The translations under genes were made by a program, and so were the position numbers. This document shows, piece by piece, positions 26,108-38,798 of a stretch of 64,000 nt of DNA. The DNA is taken from NCBI GenBank assembly GCA_013239625.1, contig MU054132.1:620001-684000 (forward strand). The letters are read 5' to 3'. Within the stretch, counting starts at the first letter, position 1. The number at the start of each line of letters is the position of its first letter. The stretch comes from Lama guanicoe. Its lineage: Eukaryota. The notes under the pieces were generated by a model. The model had not been told where the DNA came from. It worked only from the letters and a program-made list of their open reading frames with translations, and did not search any database.

Positions 26108-28206
26108 GTGAGGTGATGTGATGGGCCTGGCCCGTGGCAGGGAGCAGACCATTTCATTGCTGGAATCCCCTGCCAATTTGCTGAGTCTTCGAGGCATAGA
26201 GGGTCTTAGGAAGGGAGTGAGCTGGGAAGTTAACTGCAAAAATGACATTTCTTGAAATTAGTATCAAGTGGTACCCAGTTCTTTGGGATGAACCTTTGAG
26301 GAACATGATTTATAGAACCCTGCCTGCACTCTGCCTTGGTCCAACATGTACCTCTTCTCCTGTCCTCTCTCCAGTCCGACCAGCCACCACCCAAGGTATT
26401 CACTGTTCCACAGCTGTCTCCATGTTTGTTTAGGTCCTTGCCCTTCCTTGAATTTCTTGATCTTCCTTTTTCCTTCTGCTCTGTAAGAGCCCACCCCAGT
26501 TTCACCTCCTGGAAGTCTCTGTCCCCCTCAGTCCCCTAGAAGCAATCACAGTATGTTCTTGTAGGGAAGGACCGTGGATTATACCCCTACCTATGTATGT
26601 TCCAACACTTGGCTATGACATTTTGAGGACTGAGCAGACAAGAAGGCTCTTCCTCTCTCTCAAGAGACAGAGCTCTTAGTCACAAGGTAGAAGCCGCCTT
26701 TAACCCCTTGAGGCTTGGGAGTGAAGGTCAATGCTGGGCTGCACACAGGCAGGGAGAAACCAGAACAGCACCCCGTGTCGTTGGTGCTCTCCAAGGCCTG
26801 GCTCCTCCTGTGCTTCTCTGAACACAAGGCCCCTGGCCTGAAGACCAGCATTCCTCTCGCCTCACATCTGCCCTCCTGAGCCTCATCCATTCTGAGAGCC
26901 AACCTCTCCCTCTCCCATTCCTGCTTCAGCAGCCCAGCTCACCGGGAAGCTCTGTGGACCCTGCCCGCTGTTGACATCCTGGCCGTGTGGTGCTCGGAGG
27001 CATCAGTGAGCACTGCTGTGTGTGTGGCTGGTCGTAACAACCATGGTAACAATGCTACCACACAGGGCGCACTGTGCTGGGCTCAGGGTGAGTGGTTTCA
27101 TTGTGAGTTAGGTGGTCCTATTCGGTTTTGTATCTGGAGACCATGTAGTGAGAATGTAACCCCAGAGTCTGGCTTGACCTGCCCTAGGATGCCTTCTGGT
27201 TGGGCTGGAGGGCTGAATGGGGAAAGGGGGCAAACATTGTGAGCTTCTTAGTTGCTGACTGGACTTGGTTCATCTCTGTGTTCCCACAGAGCTTGGAGAA
27301 TGACTAAGGGATGCCCTCTGGAAAGGGTGAAGTTGGCCACTCTCACAAGGGGACAACAGCTCCACCTAGGGGCTTTTGAGGTCCTCACTGTCCACTCTGG
27401 ATTCAGGCTCTGTTATAAAGAAGTGTCACCTCAAAGATGCTTAGAAAAGTGACTTTTTTAGATCATTGCAGTTTTTACATGCACCAATGCTATATTAGGC
27501 AAAGGTACTTAAACACAAAGGCTGATATTTTGAGTTCATTCTTGACATTTTTCTGTTCATCCCTGCAAGTCCCCTTCTGAAGCCTAAACTTACACCTTAT
27601 TCCTATTTTTATTCCCTGTCACAGGCTCCAGAGGCGTGGCCTGCTTTCTCTTTCTTTCCAGCAGGTACCATCACTACTTCTGTTCCCTGGGTTGGTTCTC
27701 CCTGAGTCCGACTGCAGAATGTGATGGGGACTCCCAGCTGCTCCCTTCCTGTGTGCTCTTGAAGAGAGCCCTTCCGTTTCAGGGTTTGCTCACTAATAAC
27801 TTGAGGGAAGCCATCCCAAGCAGTAGTGGGAAGGACCGGGCGTGACGGAGCACAGAGACGCTGCAAAGCTTTCAGAATTCTTAGAGCAGTTCCTGAGGCC
27901 ACTCTGCCTGTTAGGTCTTTAGCCGGCTGATTTTCTTTTTCCCTTAAGGTTGGGGTTGATTTTTCTTGTGGCCCTTTCCCCAGCCTTCAGGTGAATGGGC
28001 CTCCTCAGTTTTAGGTGAGCACTGTAATGTGCAAAAAACTCTTCTCTCAGAACTGGATTGGAACATCAAATGCATCAGTGAAACAAGCCAATAACTTATT
28101 TAATTCAGGTCACTGCTTCCTGCCTCTGATGTTGCATTACATTTTTTGTTTTTACTTTAGTAAATGACTTTATTTATATTTGTGTATTTATTTGTTTTAC
28201 AATATC

Positions 28207-29061
28207 TTTTTTTTTAATTGAAGTACTGTCGATTATACTGTGTCAGTTTCTGGTGAGTAGCACAATGTCCCAGTCATGCATATACATACATATATTCGTT
28301 TTTACATCCTTTTTCGTTATAGTTATTACAAGATACTGAATACAGTTAGTTTTTTAAGGAATCTCCATACTGTTTTCCGTAATGGCTGCACTGGACTACA
28401 TTCCCACCAATAGTCTAAGAGGGTTCCCTTTTCCCCACTTTTGAATAATGGCACTTTTGAATAATGGCACTTTTCGTACACTTTTGAATAATGGCAGTTC
28501 TGACTGGTGTGAGGTGATACCTCTTTGTAGTTGTGATTTGCCTTTCTCTGATAGTTAGCAATATGGAGCATTATTTCATGTGCCTATTGGCCATTTATAT
28601 GTCTTCAGTGGAGAATTGCTTGTGTAGGTCTTCTGCCCATTTTTGGATTGGGTTGTTTGTTTTTTTGTTGTTAAGTTGTGTGAGCTGTCTATATATTCTG
28701 CAGATTAAGCCTTTGTCAGTTGCATCATTTGCAACTATTTTCTCCCATTCCACAGGTTGTCTTTGTTTCGCTTATGGTTTCCTTTGCTGTGCAAAAGCTT
28801 TTAAGTTTAAATAGGTCCCATTTGTTAATTTTTGCTCTTATTTCTATTGTCTGGGTAGACTGCCCTAGGAGAACATTGTTAAGATTTATGTCAGAGAATG
28901 TTTTACCTATGTTTTCTTCTAGGAGATTTATCGTATCTTGTCTTATATTTAAGTCCTTAAGCCATTTGGGGTTTATTTTTGTGTATGAAGTGAGGATGTA
29001 TTCTAACTTCATTGATTTGCATACTGCTATCCAGTTTTCCCAAAACCACTTGCTGAAGAGT
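28207..29061 (-). mobile_element. 5'-truncated L1 with an internal deletion, inserted in the tail of an older L1
   Basis: ORF2-like translation 28725..29012; TSD TTTTACAATATC at 28195 and 29062. Confidence 0.88.
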
Positions 29062-29073
29062 TTTTACAATATC

Positions 29074-30800
29074 ATATTTTTGTAATTGAAGTATAGTTGA
29101 TATACAATATATGTTATAGGTATACAGTATAGTGATTGACAATTTTTTAAAGTTTTACTCCATTTATAGTTATTATAAAATGTTGGCTGTATTCCCCATG
29201 TTGTACAGTACATCCTTGTAGTTTATTTTGTACCTGATAGTTTGTACTTCTTAATCCTCCACCTCCATCTTGCCCCTCCCTTCTTCCCTCTCCTCACTGG
29301 TAACCACTAGTTCCTTCTCTACATCTGTGAGTCTGTTTCTTTTCTGTTATATTCACTAGTTTGTTGTATTTTTCAGATTCGCATGTGATGTCTTAACAGT
29401 ATTTCTCTTTCTTAAACTGACTTATTTCACTTAGTATAATGCCCTCCAAGTCATCCATGCTGTCCACCAGAAACTAATACAGCTGTATTATATTTTATAT
29501 ATTTTAAATCAGCTGTACTTCAGTTAAAAAGCAAACAACCAACCAACCCATTTAAAATATGAGCAGAAGAACTGAACAGACATTTTTCCAAAAGAGAAAA
29601 TGCAGATGGCCCACAGGAACATGAAAAGTTGCTCAACATCACTAATATCAGGGAAATGCAAATCAAAACCACAATGAGATATCATCTCACACCTGTCAGA
29701 ATGGCCGTCATCAAAAAGAACATAAATAACAAATGTTGGCAAGAATGTGGAGAAAAGGGAACCTTTGTACACTGTTGGTGGGAATGCAAATTGGTGCAGC
29801 CACTATGGAAAACAATATGGAGGTTTCTCAAAAACCCAAAAATAGAACCACCACATGGCCCAGAACTCCACTCCTGGGGATGTGTTTGAGAAAAACAAAA
29901 GCATTAACTCAGAAAGATACATATACCGTGCTATTAAGAGCAATATTGTTTATAATTGCCAAGATAAGGAAGCATCGTAAGTGCATATCAATAGATGAAT
30001 GGATAAAGAAGATGCAGCATGTATTTGTAATGGGATATAACTCACCCTTAAAAAAGAAGGATATTTTGCTATTTGTAGCCCTTCATTCATTTTTTTTCAC
30101 TTCAAAAACCAGAATTTTATAACTGGCATAAACATTTCCATTGCATCAAAACCAAGGAAATACCTGGAAATAAACTTAACTAAGGAGGTTACCTATACTC
30201 TGAAAACTGTAAAACATTGATGAAGGAAAATGAAGATGATACAAAGAAATGGAAAGATATCTTGTGCTCTTGGATTGGAAGAATCAACCTTATCAAAATG
30301 GCCATACTACCCAAAGCAATCTACATATCCAATGCATCCCCTGTCAAAATACCCACAGCATTTTTCACAGAACTAGAACAAACAATTCCAAAATTTATAT
30401 GAAACCATAAAAGACCCCGAACTGCCAAAGCAGTCTTTTGTAGGTTTTTTTTCTCTTCTTTTTGTTCTCTTTTCTTATGGCTTGATGCCTAGAGAAATTC
30501 CTTTGACGTTTGTTGTAAAGCTGGTTTGATGATGCTGAATTCTTCTAGCTTTTGTTTATCTGTGAAGCGTTTGATATCTCCATCAAATCTGAATGAGAAC
30601 CTTGCTGGATTGAGTATTCTTGGTTGTAAGTTTTCCCCTTCCATCTCTAAATAGATCGTGCCACTCCCTTCTGGCTTATAGAGTTTGTGCTGAAAAATCA
30701 GCTCATAAACTTATGGGAGTTCCCTTGTATGTTATTTGCTGATTTTAATATTTTCTCCTTATCCTTAATTTTTGTCAGTTTGATTACTGTGTGCCTTGGG
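29074..30800. mobile_element. Rearranged L1 fragments in both orientations
   Basis: - strand 3' end at 29074-29465; + strand ORF2 pieces (track 29629..29889 and 30217..30402); - strand piece at 30437-30797. Confidence 0.8.
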
Positions 30801-32825
30801 AAGCATTACCTCTTATCAAGGTCTCCTTACTTACCAAGTCAAGCTATGTCGGCAAGGAAGAAGGTTGTGAAGGGGCTCTTGAATGATGTGGGTCTCTACC
30901 TGCCCCCCTAGGTTTATTTTCTCTGTTGTCTCCCTGCTTCTCCTGATGGTCCCCTCTCCTGCATGGCAGCTCTCCCTCCTCCTTCCCGGCTGGTTGGCTT
31001 ACAAACAGGCTCCCCACATCCTGTCCTCTGAGATGGGAAAGCCTACTAAAGTGGAAGGTGTGTTCTGCGATCTGTATTATGCTAAGGCAGTCAGAGACAA
31101 CCAGAGGTGAAGTACAGGAATCCTAACCTGAGAGGGAGAGGTTGGAAACGTGCCAGTCAGCAATATTGATCATCCTTTCCCATGTCTTTGGCCTCTTGCA
31201 GTTCCCTGTCCATGGCATTTGAACCGTCCTCTTAACTTGATGTCAGAGCATCCTGGGGATGAATGACACACATGCTGTAGAGGCCCGGGGCGGGGGGGGG
31301 GTTGGCCTCCTCTCTGACCTGCCATACACATGTAAAGCGCTTTTAACAAGTCTCATCCAGGAGAAAGGCTGATGTTATTTGATGGATAACTGAGCTAATG
31401 TTCTGACTTGAGACTCGTGTTCCTCACTGGCCATGCTGCTTGCCTACGTGTGCTCAGTACTCCTGTTTCCTTGGCCTTTGGAAATGCACTTAGGTTTTCA
31501 AAGCAATGGACAGAGCCAGTTGAGTCTGGACTGAAACAACAGCTGTGTAGAATTTAGAGTAGTCATAAAGCTAGGCTCCTGAGATGCTCTGCCCTTTCTC
31601 TCCCTGCCAGGTCTGCTGCTGGGGGCATTGGCAAATATTGATTAATAAGTATAACTTACTTTAAGCCTTAAATCAATACGGGGGTGGGGAGGAGAGAGAA
31701 AGCATTCTTGCAAAGAAAAGTAAACCTGGGCAGTTTAAATCTGATACATACTATCTCCCATTGCAAGATTGTCAGTCACAAAATCAAAATGAGGGTCTAC
31801 TGCTGTCACCAAGATTTCTGAACTACATAGGATTCATTTGGGATATTCTCAGATGCAATAGTAGTAAGGAAAACAACCATAATAAAAATTAAAACAGCAG
31901 CTAACTTCATACCAGGCACCATGCTGAGTGCATTTTCTACATTCCTACTTGATCATGGCTACAGCCCTAGGAGTTGGGTAACTATTGTCATCATCTTTTT
32001 CCAGGTGAGGCTGTTACTGAAACTTGAGGAGCCCAAGGAATCCATCCAAGTTGCCCAGGGTGGCAGGGCCAGGATTTTCCCCGGGGTTCCCTGGCCCTGA
32101 TGAGTGCAGGTCTGCCCTGGGGCCGTGAGACCATGTACAAAATACCCAGGTTCAGTCTCAGCAGCACCACCTGCTTTTAGAGGGACTGTGAGCACGTTTC
32201 TTAGTTTCTCTGAGCCTCAGTTTTTGATCTAAAAATGAGAGCAATTACTACTTTGGAGTGCTGTTAAAAAGATTCTAGGAAATGTGTATAAAGGGCCTGG
32301 CAAAGTACTTTACTCCCTGATGGTGTCACGTACGCGATAGCTGCTGCTGTTTCTCTGTCTGAGTTCGGCTTGAATGGAAGTGTAAGGGTCCCAGTGTTAA
32401 AGAAGTCATCTCTGCAGGTGGTTTAAACTCTCATTCTACAACTTCAGGGCCTTCCTGGTGACCAGAGGTGGACACTCAACCAAGAATGTTTACAGCTGAA
32501 AAAAGCAAACGGTTTTCCAGTATGTGCTCTAGTCTTCTCTTCTGAGAGCTGCTTGCTGGGACTTCCCAGAGAGCTCACTTCACCTAGACACACAGAGCAC
32601 TAGGTCCAAGAGGTTGGGACCCTTGAGGATAATGTTTCTTAATTTTATACCTTTACGAGTTCAGTCCACAGAGGCTCACCTGATGTCACACAGTGTATGT
32701 CAAACAAAGCTGAGGGCCAAGCTTGTTTTTTTCCATTCTGCAGCCCTGCTCAGAACCAGCTTGAGAATGATGGGAGAAAACATTCTTCTTCTGAATTTTC
32801 TTTTCATCTCCTCTCCTGCCAAAAG

Positions 32826-33024
32826 GCTTCACCCCAAAAACTGCCTGGGTGTCCGCCAGTTTGCTGAGACAATGATGTGCGCCGTGCTGTACGACGCAGC
32901 CAACAGCTTCATCCACCAGCACTTTGTGGAGGTGTCCATGTCGGAGGAATTCCTGGCCCTGCCCTTGGAGGACGTACTGGAGCTGGTGTCTCGGGACGAG
33001 CTGAATGTGAAATCAGAGGAGCAG
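32826..33024 (+). CDS. KLHL18: KLHL18 coding exon 4 (BACK domain: [14 protein letters not shown]...NVKSEEQ)
   Basis: Pyrimidine tract then aaaag|G; donor CAG|gtctgt; 199 nt, phase 2 to 0. Confidence 0.95.
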
Positions 33025-35249
33025 GTCTGTAGAGCATGGCACAATCCACAGGTGACACCAGGGCTGCTGCTCTTCCTGGTCTTCGTTTCCTGTTTCGCTC
33101 TTTTCAAAATGTAGATCCTGGTGTGTGTGCAACTGTTGTCTGTTTCGGGTTTGTTTTATTATACCATATGCATTTTTCTTCAACATTTTAAAATACATTT
33201 TAGTGTCTATAAGTAATATTCAGCTGATATTATCAACCCCGTGTCCCTCATTCTTCAATGTTTGGGTTAGTTCAAAATTTATTATTAGAAATGTTTCTGT
33301 GAACTGGAAATGAAGATAATGTTTTGAGAGTCTTATTCTAAAGGAGGGTAGAGCAAGGGGGAAGTTGCTGGGGGGAGGCTGTAGGGGCAGGAAGGCTGTG
33401 AAGCCAAGAGGGTTTGGTTTTGTTTTTTTAAGATGAGAGAAATTACAGTGTAGGTTGACTGCTGATGGGAATTTTCCGGAAGAGAGGGAAGAATTGGTGA
33501 TGTAGGAGAAAAGGGAGAATGGTGTCCTGGGATAAGTGAGAAGACGCAGAGTGTAGGGCACAAGGGTGTTTATTTGATAGAAGCTCAGGCCGTCCATATC
33601 CTCGGGCACAGGACGGAGAGGAAGGGTGAGAGGGCGTGGAGATGCTGGGGTTCTGTCTATATTCTCTTTTGGTTAACTTGTTTTCAGCTGAGAGTCAGGG
33701 TGAGGGAGGAATGTTAGGCATTTGAGGAGATGAGAAGGTGTGAAGTGGCCCACTAGGAGAGGAGGGCAGTAAATGGGCGGGAAATGGAGAGGGTTTGACA
33801 GGTAGCTGGGCCAGGTGAAATTCACAGTCACACGCTGTTGTGTACTGTCTCTGTCAGCTGCATATGGTGGGGCAGGGTTTGGGGGTGAATTGAATTAAAA
33901 GAGCTGGACTTCTCCAGGGTGAGTGTGACTAAGAGAGCTAGGAGGCTAGCATGGGAGTAATAGTCCACAGAACCCATGCCAGATGGGAGAGAAGTGAGGA
34001 AATAGGCTGGAGAGGGACTGGAGAGGGAGGTTGGGGGAGGGGGAGCAGTGTCAAAGGCTTAGTGGGGTTGGTAACTGAGCCGGAAGGACTGGAGGCAGTG
34101 GTTAAGTTCTAGTGTACTTCTAATTATGGAAGAGGAAGTGAAGAAATTGGCTAAGCAAGGTGTGGATGATCAAAGAATCCTCTGAGGACAAAGGAGACAT
34201 CTTGGAGCTGTCAAGAAAAGCTTAAATGAGAGTGTAGGGTGTTAGAAGCCAGAGAAGAACGAAGGACATCCTTTCTGTTCAATAAAAGTGTGGTGCAAAT
34301 TGTCTTAAGAGGATAGTGAGTAAGTGTTACTTTGAGCAGAGGATGACAGGGGCTGAGCAGTGGATGGTGTTGGATGTGGGGATGAATCGGACCTGGCCCT
34401 GCAGGCACCCAGAGCACCACCACAGCAAGGTCTCTACCTGTTAGGCCAGTTGATCAAGAGTCCTGGCCTATCATGAGGCTGTGCCTGGGCAGTCCTAGGC
34501 TCCAGGAGGCAAGCCCTTGGGATGTTAGTCCCAACTCAGCTCATTTCCTTAATGTCTGAAGAGTCCTCACTTCTGCATATTAGTGACCATTAGAAAAGTG
34601 GACCCTGAGCTCAGCAGCGTGGGTGCTGAGATTTGGGGAAAAGAGCAAGGGCAAGGAGTTCTGTCCCTGGCTCTGCCACTAGTTCACATGACCTAGGGCA
34701 GCTCCCATTTATTCGAGTGATATATTCTGCAAGGGCTGCGGGGCTTTAGAGGAAGATATCCTTGTGACTGGAGTCATTAGGGAAGGCTTCTTGGAGAGCA
34801 TGGATCTGTAACCAGGCCTTAAAGAAAGGGCAGGAGGTTTAGATGAAAAGGAAGAGATAGGGGCATTCTAGGTGAAGGGGGCAGCCAGCTTGGCTAGAGT
34901 AGTGGAGGGAATTTAGGAAGAGGATGCAAGAGCAGCAGGAAGGAAGGTCAGCAAGCACTTGCTTGCAATATAGAAAGGAAGAAGGAACCTTTGACAGGTT
35001 TTGGTTAGGAAGTCATAAGCCAAGAAGATGTTACAGTAACCTAGGCTTGCCTTTCAAGAGACTGGACCCAATGGGATAGCTGGGAAAGTGGAAAGAAAAC
35101 AGTGGATTCAGGAGAAAAGTAGAAGGAAAGATTGCTGGGCCCAAGGGACTGCCTCAGTATAGGGAGCAGAGGGTTTGTGACTGGGGTACAGGGACGTGGC
35201 CTCTGGGTGGAGGAGTTGCTGCCAGAGCTTCCTCTGTCTGTCATGGTAG

Positions 35250-35410
35250 GTCTTTGAGGCCGCGTTGGCCTGGGTCAGATACGACCGAGAGCAGAGGGGG
35301 CCCTGTCTGCCTGAACTGCTGTCCAATATCCGCCTGCCCCTCTGCCGGCCCCAGTTCCTGTCCGACCGAGTGCAGCAGGATGACCTGGTGCGTTGCTGCC
35401 ACAAATGCAG
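35250..35410 (+). CDS. KLHL18: KLHL18 coding exon 5 ([12 protein letters not shown]...LVRCCHKC)
   Basis: Acceptor tag|GTC and donor AG|gtgagc; 161 nt, phase 0 to 2; BACK-domain motif IRLPL. Confidence 0.95.
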
Positions 35411-36628
35411 GTGAGCAGAGGTGGGCCTGCATGGATAACTGCCGAGGGTCTGGGCGGAGAGGAGAACCTGGCCACTCAGCTCAGGGGAGAAAGGGTTTGG
35501 AGTGGTAGTTCTTAACTCATGGCACACAGGTTGATCTGCCTTTTGTCTCCAACCCAGAAGAGCCCAAGTCTCACGCCTTGGGCAGAGAAATGTGCCGCGT
35601 GGGAGCATCAGGATAGAAGGGGCTCCCTCCCCTACCTTATCTGGTAATTTTTTGGCATCAGCATCCATTGAGCTGTTTATGACCTACAGCTGTCTGGACT
35701 GCCTGCCCTGACCCCAGGGCACACCAGCAGCTGACTTAGTGGTGACTCCAGGGGCTCTTCATCCTCTTCAGTAAACATTAGTCAGTGTGCTGGCCTCAGG
35801 GGGGTTGGCCCAGCTACAGCAATGGGCTGGGGTGGAGCATGTTCCCCAGAGTAAATCAACAACAACCTGATGCAGCAGAGGAGCTGGCAGCCCTGAAGGA
35901 GGGTTGTTACAAGAGTAGAGCAGCAGAGGGAAATGTTCATCCTCCTCCAAATTGCTTATCACAGTCACAGCTGGCTCAGGAGGAAGTCAGCGGCTTGGTG
36001 CCAGCGATGTGAAGGTGTGTGTCAGGTGGGGGTGGAAGTGTGGCTGGAGGTGGCTGAGACCCTGTGATGAGCAGTCTCAAGGATGCTTTGGGGAGTTTGA
36101 GCTTTGTTCTGTAGGCAGTGGGTAGTTATCAAAGGTTCTTAGAAAACCAGCTTGGACTCCAGTGTGGAGAGGGGGTTAGAGGGATGGGGCTGGAGACAGG
36201 GAGATGTGTCAGGAGCAGCTGGCTTCTGCTGCCGTAGCCCAGGTGAGAGATGGTTAATTGCAGGGTGTGAGCCATAGGGATGGAAAGGAAGAGCTGGGTC
36301 TGAGGATGCAGGCAGCTTGTTGAACCTCCCCAAGGCCAGCTATTCTAGGAACCACCCTGTTTTCCCTCTGCCAGGTATGTGCCTATTAGAAGTTACTCAT
36401 CTGGATTACACTAGTGGAGGTGGGCTCTGCTCCTCTTGCCCCTCCGGTTTTGAGCATGTCTCAGTAGCTATGTCTGGTTTGCCCTGGACTCACCTGGGTT
36501 CTTTGAGACCGAACCTTCCAGAAGGCTTCTCCTCCCAGTTTTCCCCTGCAGTTGCAGGTAGGGGACCAGGCTAGGAACTCCAAATGTGGAGAATACTGCC
36601 CGTTCTCACATCTTGTACCTCATTCCAG

Positions 36629-36765
36629 GGACCTGGTAGATGAAGCAAAGGATTATCACCTCATGCCAGAGCGGCGGCCCCACCTGCCAGCTTTCAGAAC
36701 TCGGCCTCGCTGCTGCACGTCCATCGCCGGGCTCATCTATGCTGTGGGGGGCCTCAACTCAGCAG
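36629..36765 (+). CDS. KLHL18: KLHL18 coding exon 6 ([14 protein letters not shown]...[10 protein letters not shown])
   Basis: Acceptor cattccag|G and donor G|gtatc; 137 nt, phase 2 to 1; start of the first kelch repeat. Confidence 0.95.
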
Positions 36766-37823
36766 GTATCTTGCAGCTCCCCTTTGTAGAGCCCTGTCTT
36801 GGACTTCCTGGTTGAGGAGACACCAAACAACCTAACCTGGCCCTCTGCTTCCTCTCCTTTGTTACCACTCATGTCCCTCTGGATTCTATACAACTGTTCT
36901 GCAGTTAAAGCATGTCAGATATTAATACCTTGAAGCAGAATATCAGAGCAAAAGAGGCCTTTAAAAATCCTGGAGACCTACCCCCACCTACTTCACAGAT
37001 GGGGAAATTGAGGCCCAGAGAACTTCAGCTACAGTCACATAAGCTGTTTTGGCTGAACAAGGACTAGAACTTGGGTCTTGGTTCCTGAGCCTGCACTCCT
37101 TCCCTGATAACACGTCAGCTGTGGGATTTACTCAGCCCTGGATAGGATCTAATCAGAGCCCCAATTCTGTTAGCAGGCTAATGACATTCGGTCACGTGGA
37201 GCTCTGGGCTTATACTGTAAGAGTGTCACCATAAGAAGGAAATTCTCCAAATACACAGGGTCGGCACTATCAATACTTTTTTTTCTTCACCTCTTACCTC
37301 TGATGAAACACACACGCCTTACAGTCCGTGTGTTATTGGCAGCTCTTGTATCATACAGTCAAGTTTTCAGGAAAGCTCCATGGGGCCCTCGTCCCTCCTG
37401 CCCACCCCAGACACCATTGCAGGCCAGTAGTGATCTAGGAGAGGACAGTGTGGACATCTGAGTTTTTGCAGTGCAGTGGCACAGGGAGTTGTCACCTCAG
37501 ATGTAAAGGCCTTTTCACAGAGTCAACCCAGGTTTGCGGGAGGTGCAGAGTCAGTGGGCAGTCCTGGGAAGTTTCATTTTTAACTGAAAGTTAATGAGAG
37601 TCGGGTACATCTCTGCTGCCTGTTAACCGTATGACCTGGGAAAGGTTAAGTCCTCAACTAGGAAATGCTAGAGGCTGGCATGTGGTAAGTGTCCCAGAGG
37701 AGAATGAAACAGGCAGGGGGTAATTTTATTTGATCCTAAAAAAACTGATGAAAACAGAAGGGTTGGAATTAACATGCCTTGCTACTGTGACTGCTATATA
37801 TTGTTCTAGAATTATGCTAGGTG

Positions 37824-38106
37824 GTTTTTTTAATTTTTTTTTAATTTATGTATTTATTTTACAATAATCATATTTTAAAAATTGAAGTATAGTTGAAATA
37901 CAATATTATATGTTACAGGTATACAGTGTAGTGATTCACAATTTTTAAATGTTATTTTCCGTTTATAGTTATTATAAACTGTTGGCTATATTTCTCCATG
38001 TGGTACAGTACTTCCTTGTAGCTTAGTTTATACCTGATAGTCTGTACCTCTTAATCCTCCACCTCCATCTCGCCTCCAACCCCCCACTGGTAAGCACCAG
38101 TAGGAC
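37824..38106 (-). mobile_element. Short L1 3'-end insertion into a MIR
   Basis: TSD TATGCTAGGTG at 37813 and 38107; closely similar to 29074-29310. Confidence 0.85.
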
Positions 38107-38560
38107 TATGCTAGGTGTTTTACCTGTTATGTCATTTAATCCTCATGGGAGCTCTGCCATAGAGATTATCTCCAGTTCACGTGTGAGAACAGAAGCTGGG
38201 GATACACAGCAGCTTGCCCAGGGTCACCCACTAGTAAGTGAAAGTCGCCCTGGAAGCCATGCTCTGCTCTGTGGGTGTGCCCCTGCCTCAGGGAAGTAGT
38301 GGTCCCAGTCACCTTCACCTTTGCCTTTAAGCGGGTGAAGTGCTTCCTTGCCCTCTCTAGAAGGTAAATAAATGCCTCCTGTCTGCTTCTGATTTTCCTT
38401 AAAGGTTTGAGATTATCATGGCTGCAGTTTCTTAGTGGGCCATCCTGGCTTGAGTTAATTCTGTGGGAAGAGCTGATAGGATCATGTCAAACGTTCCATA
38501 TAATCACTGCCTAAGAGCTGTGATCTAAACGAGCGGTCTCATTTGTTTTAATTTGAGTAG

Positions 38561-38798
38561 CAAATTTTTATGCAGGTGATTCCCTGAATGTGGTGGAAGT
38601 GTTTGACCCCATCGCCAATCGTTGGGAGAAGTGCCACCCCATGACCACAGCCCGCAGCCGCGTTGGTGTGGCCGTGGTGAATGGGCTCCTCTATGCCATC
38701 GGGGGGTACGACGGCCAGCTGCGGCTGAGCACTGTGGAGGTCTACAACCCAGAGACGGACACGTGGACCAGAGTGGGGAGCATGAATAGCAAGAGAAG
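38561..38798 (+). CDS. KLHL18: KLHL18 coding exon 7 (kelch repeats; alternative in-frame acceptor at 38576)
   Basis: Acceptors gagtag|CA (38561) and tgcag|GT (38576); donor AG|gtatt; encodes (ANFYA)[12 protein letters not shown]...GGYDG...MNSKR. Confidence 0.93.

Noticed and set aside
28436..28496. Short direct repeats as a CRISPR-like array (also 56901-57060)
   Set aside because: No unique spacers of regular length and no cas genes; the context is eukaryotic and inside LINE fossils
31286..31305. G-run as a functional G-quadruplex
   Set aside because: Isolated deep-intronic homopolymer with no supporting context
29074..38106. Similarity between 29074-29310 and 37860-38100 as a segmental duplication
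   Set aside because: Both are L1 3' ends, and the second has its own TSD, indicating independent insertions
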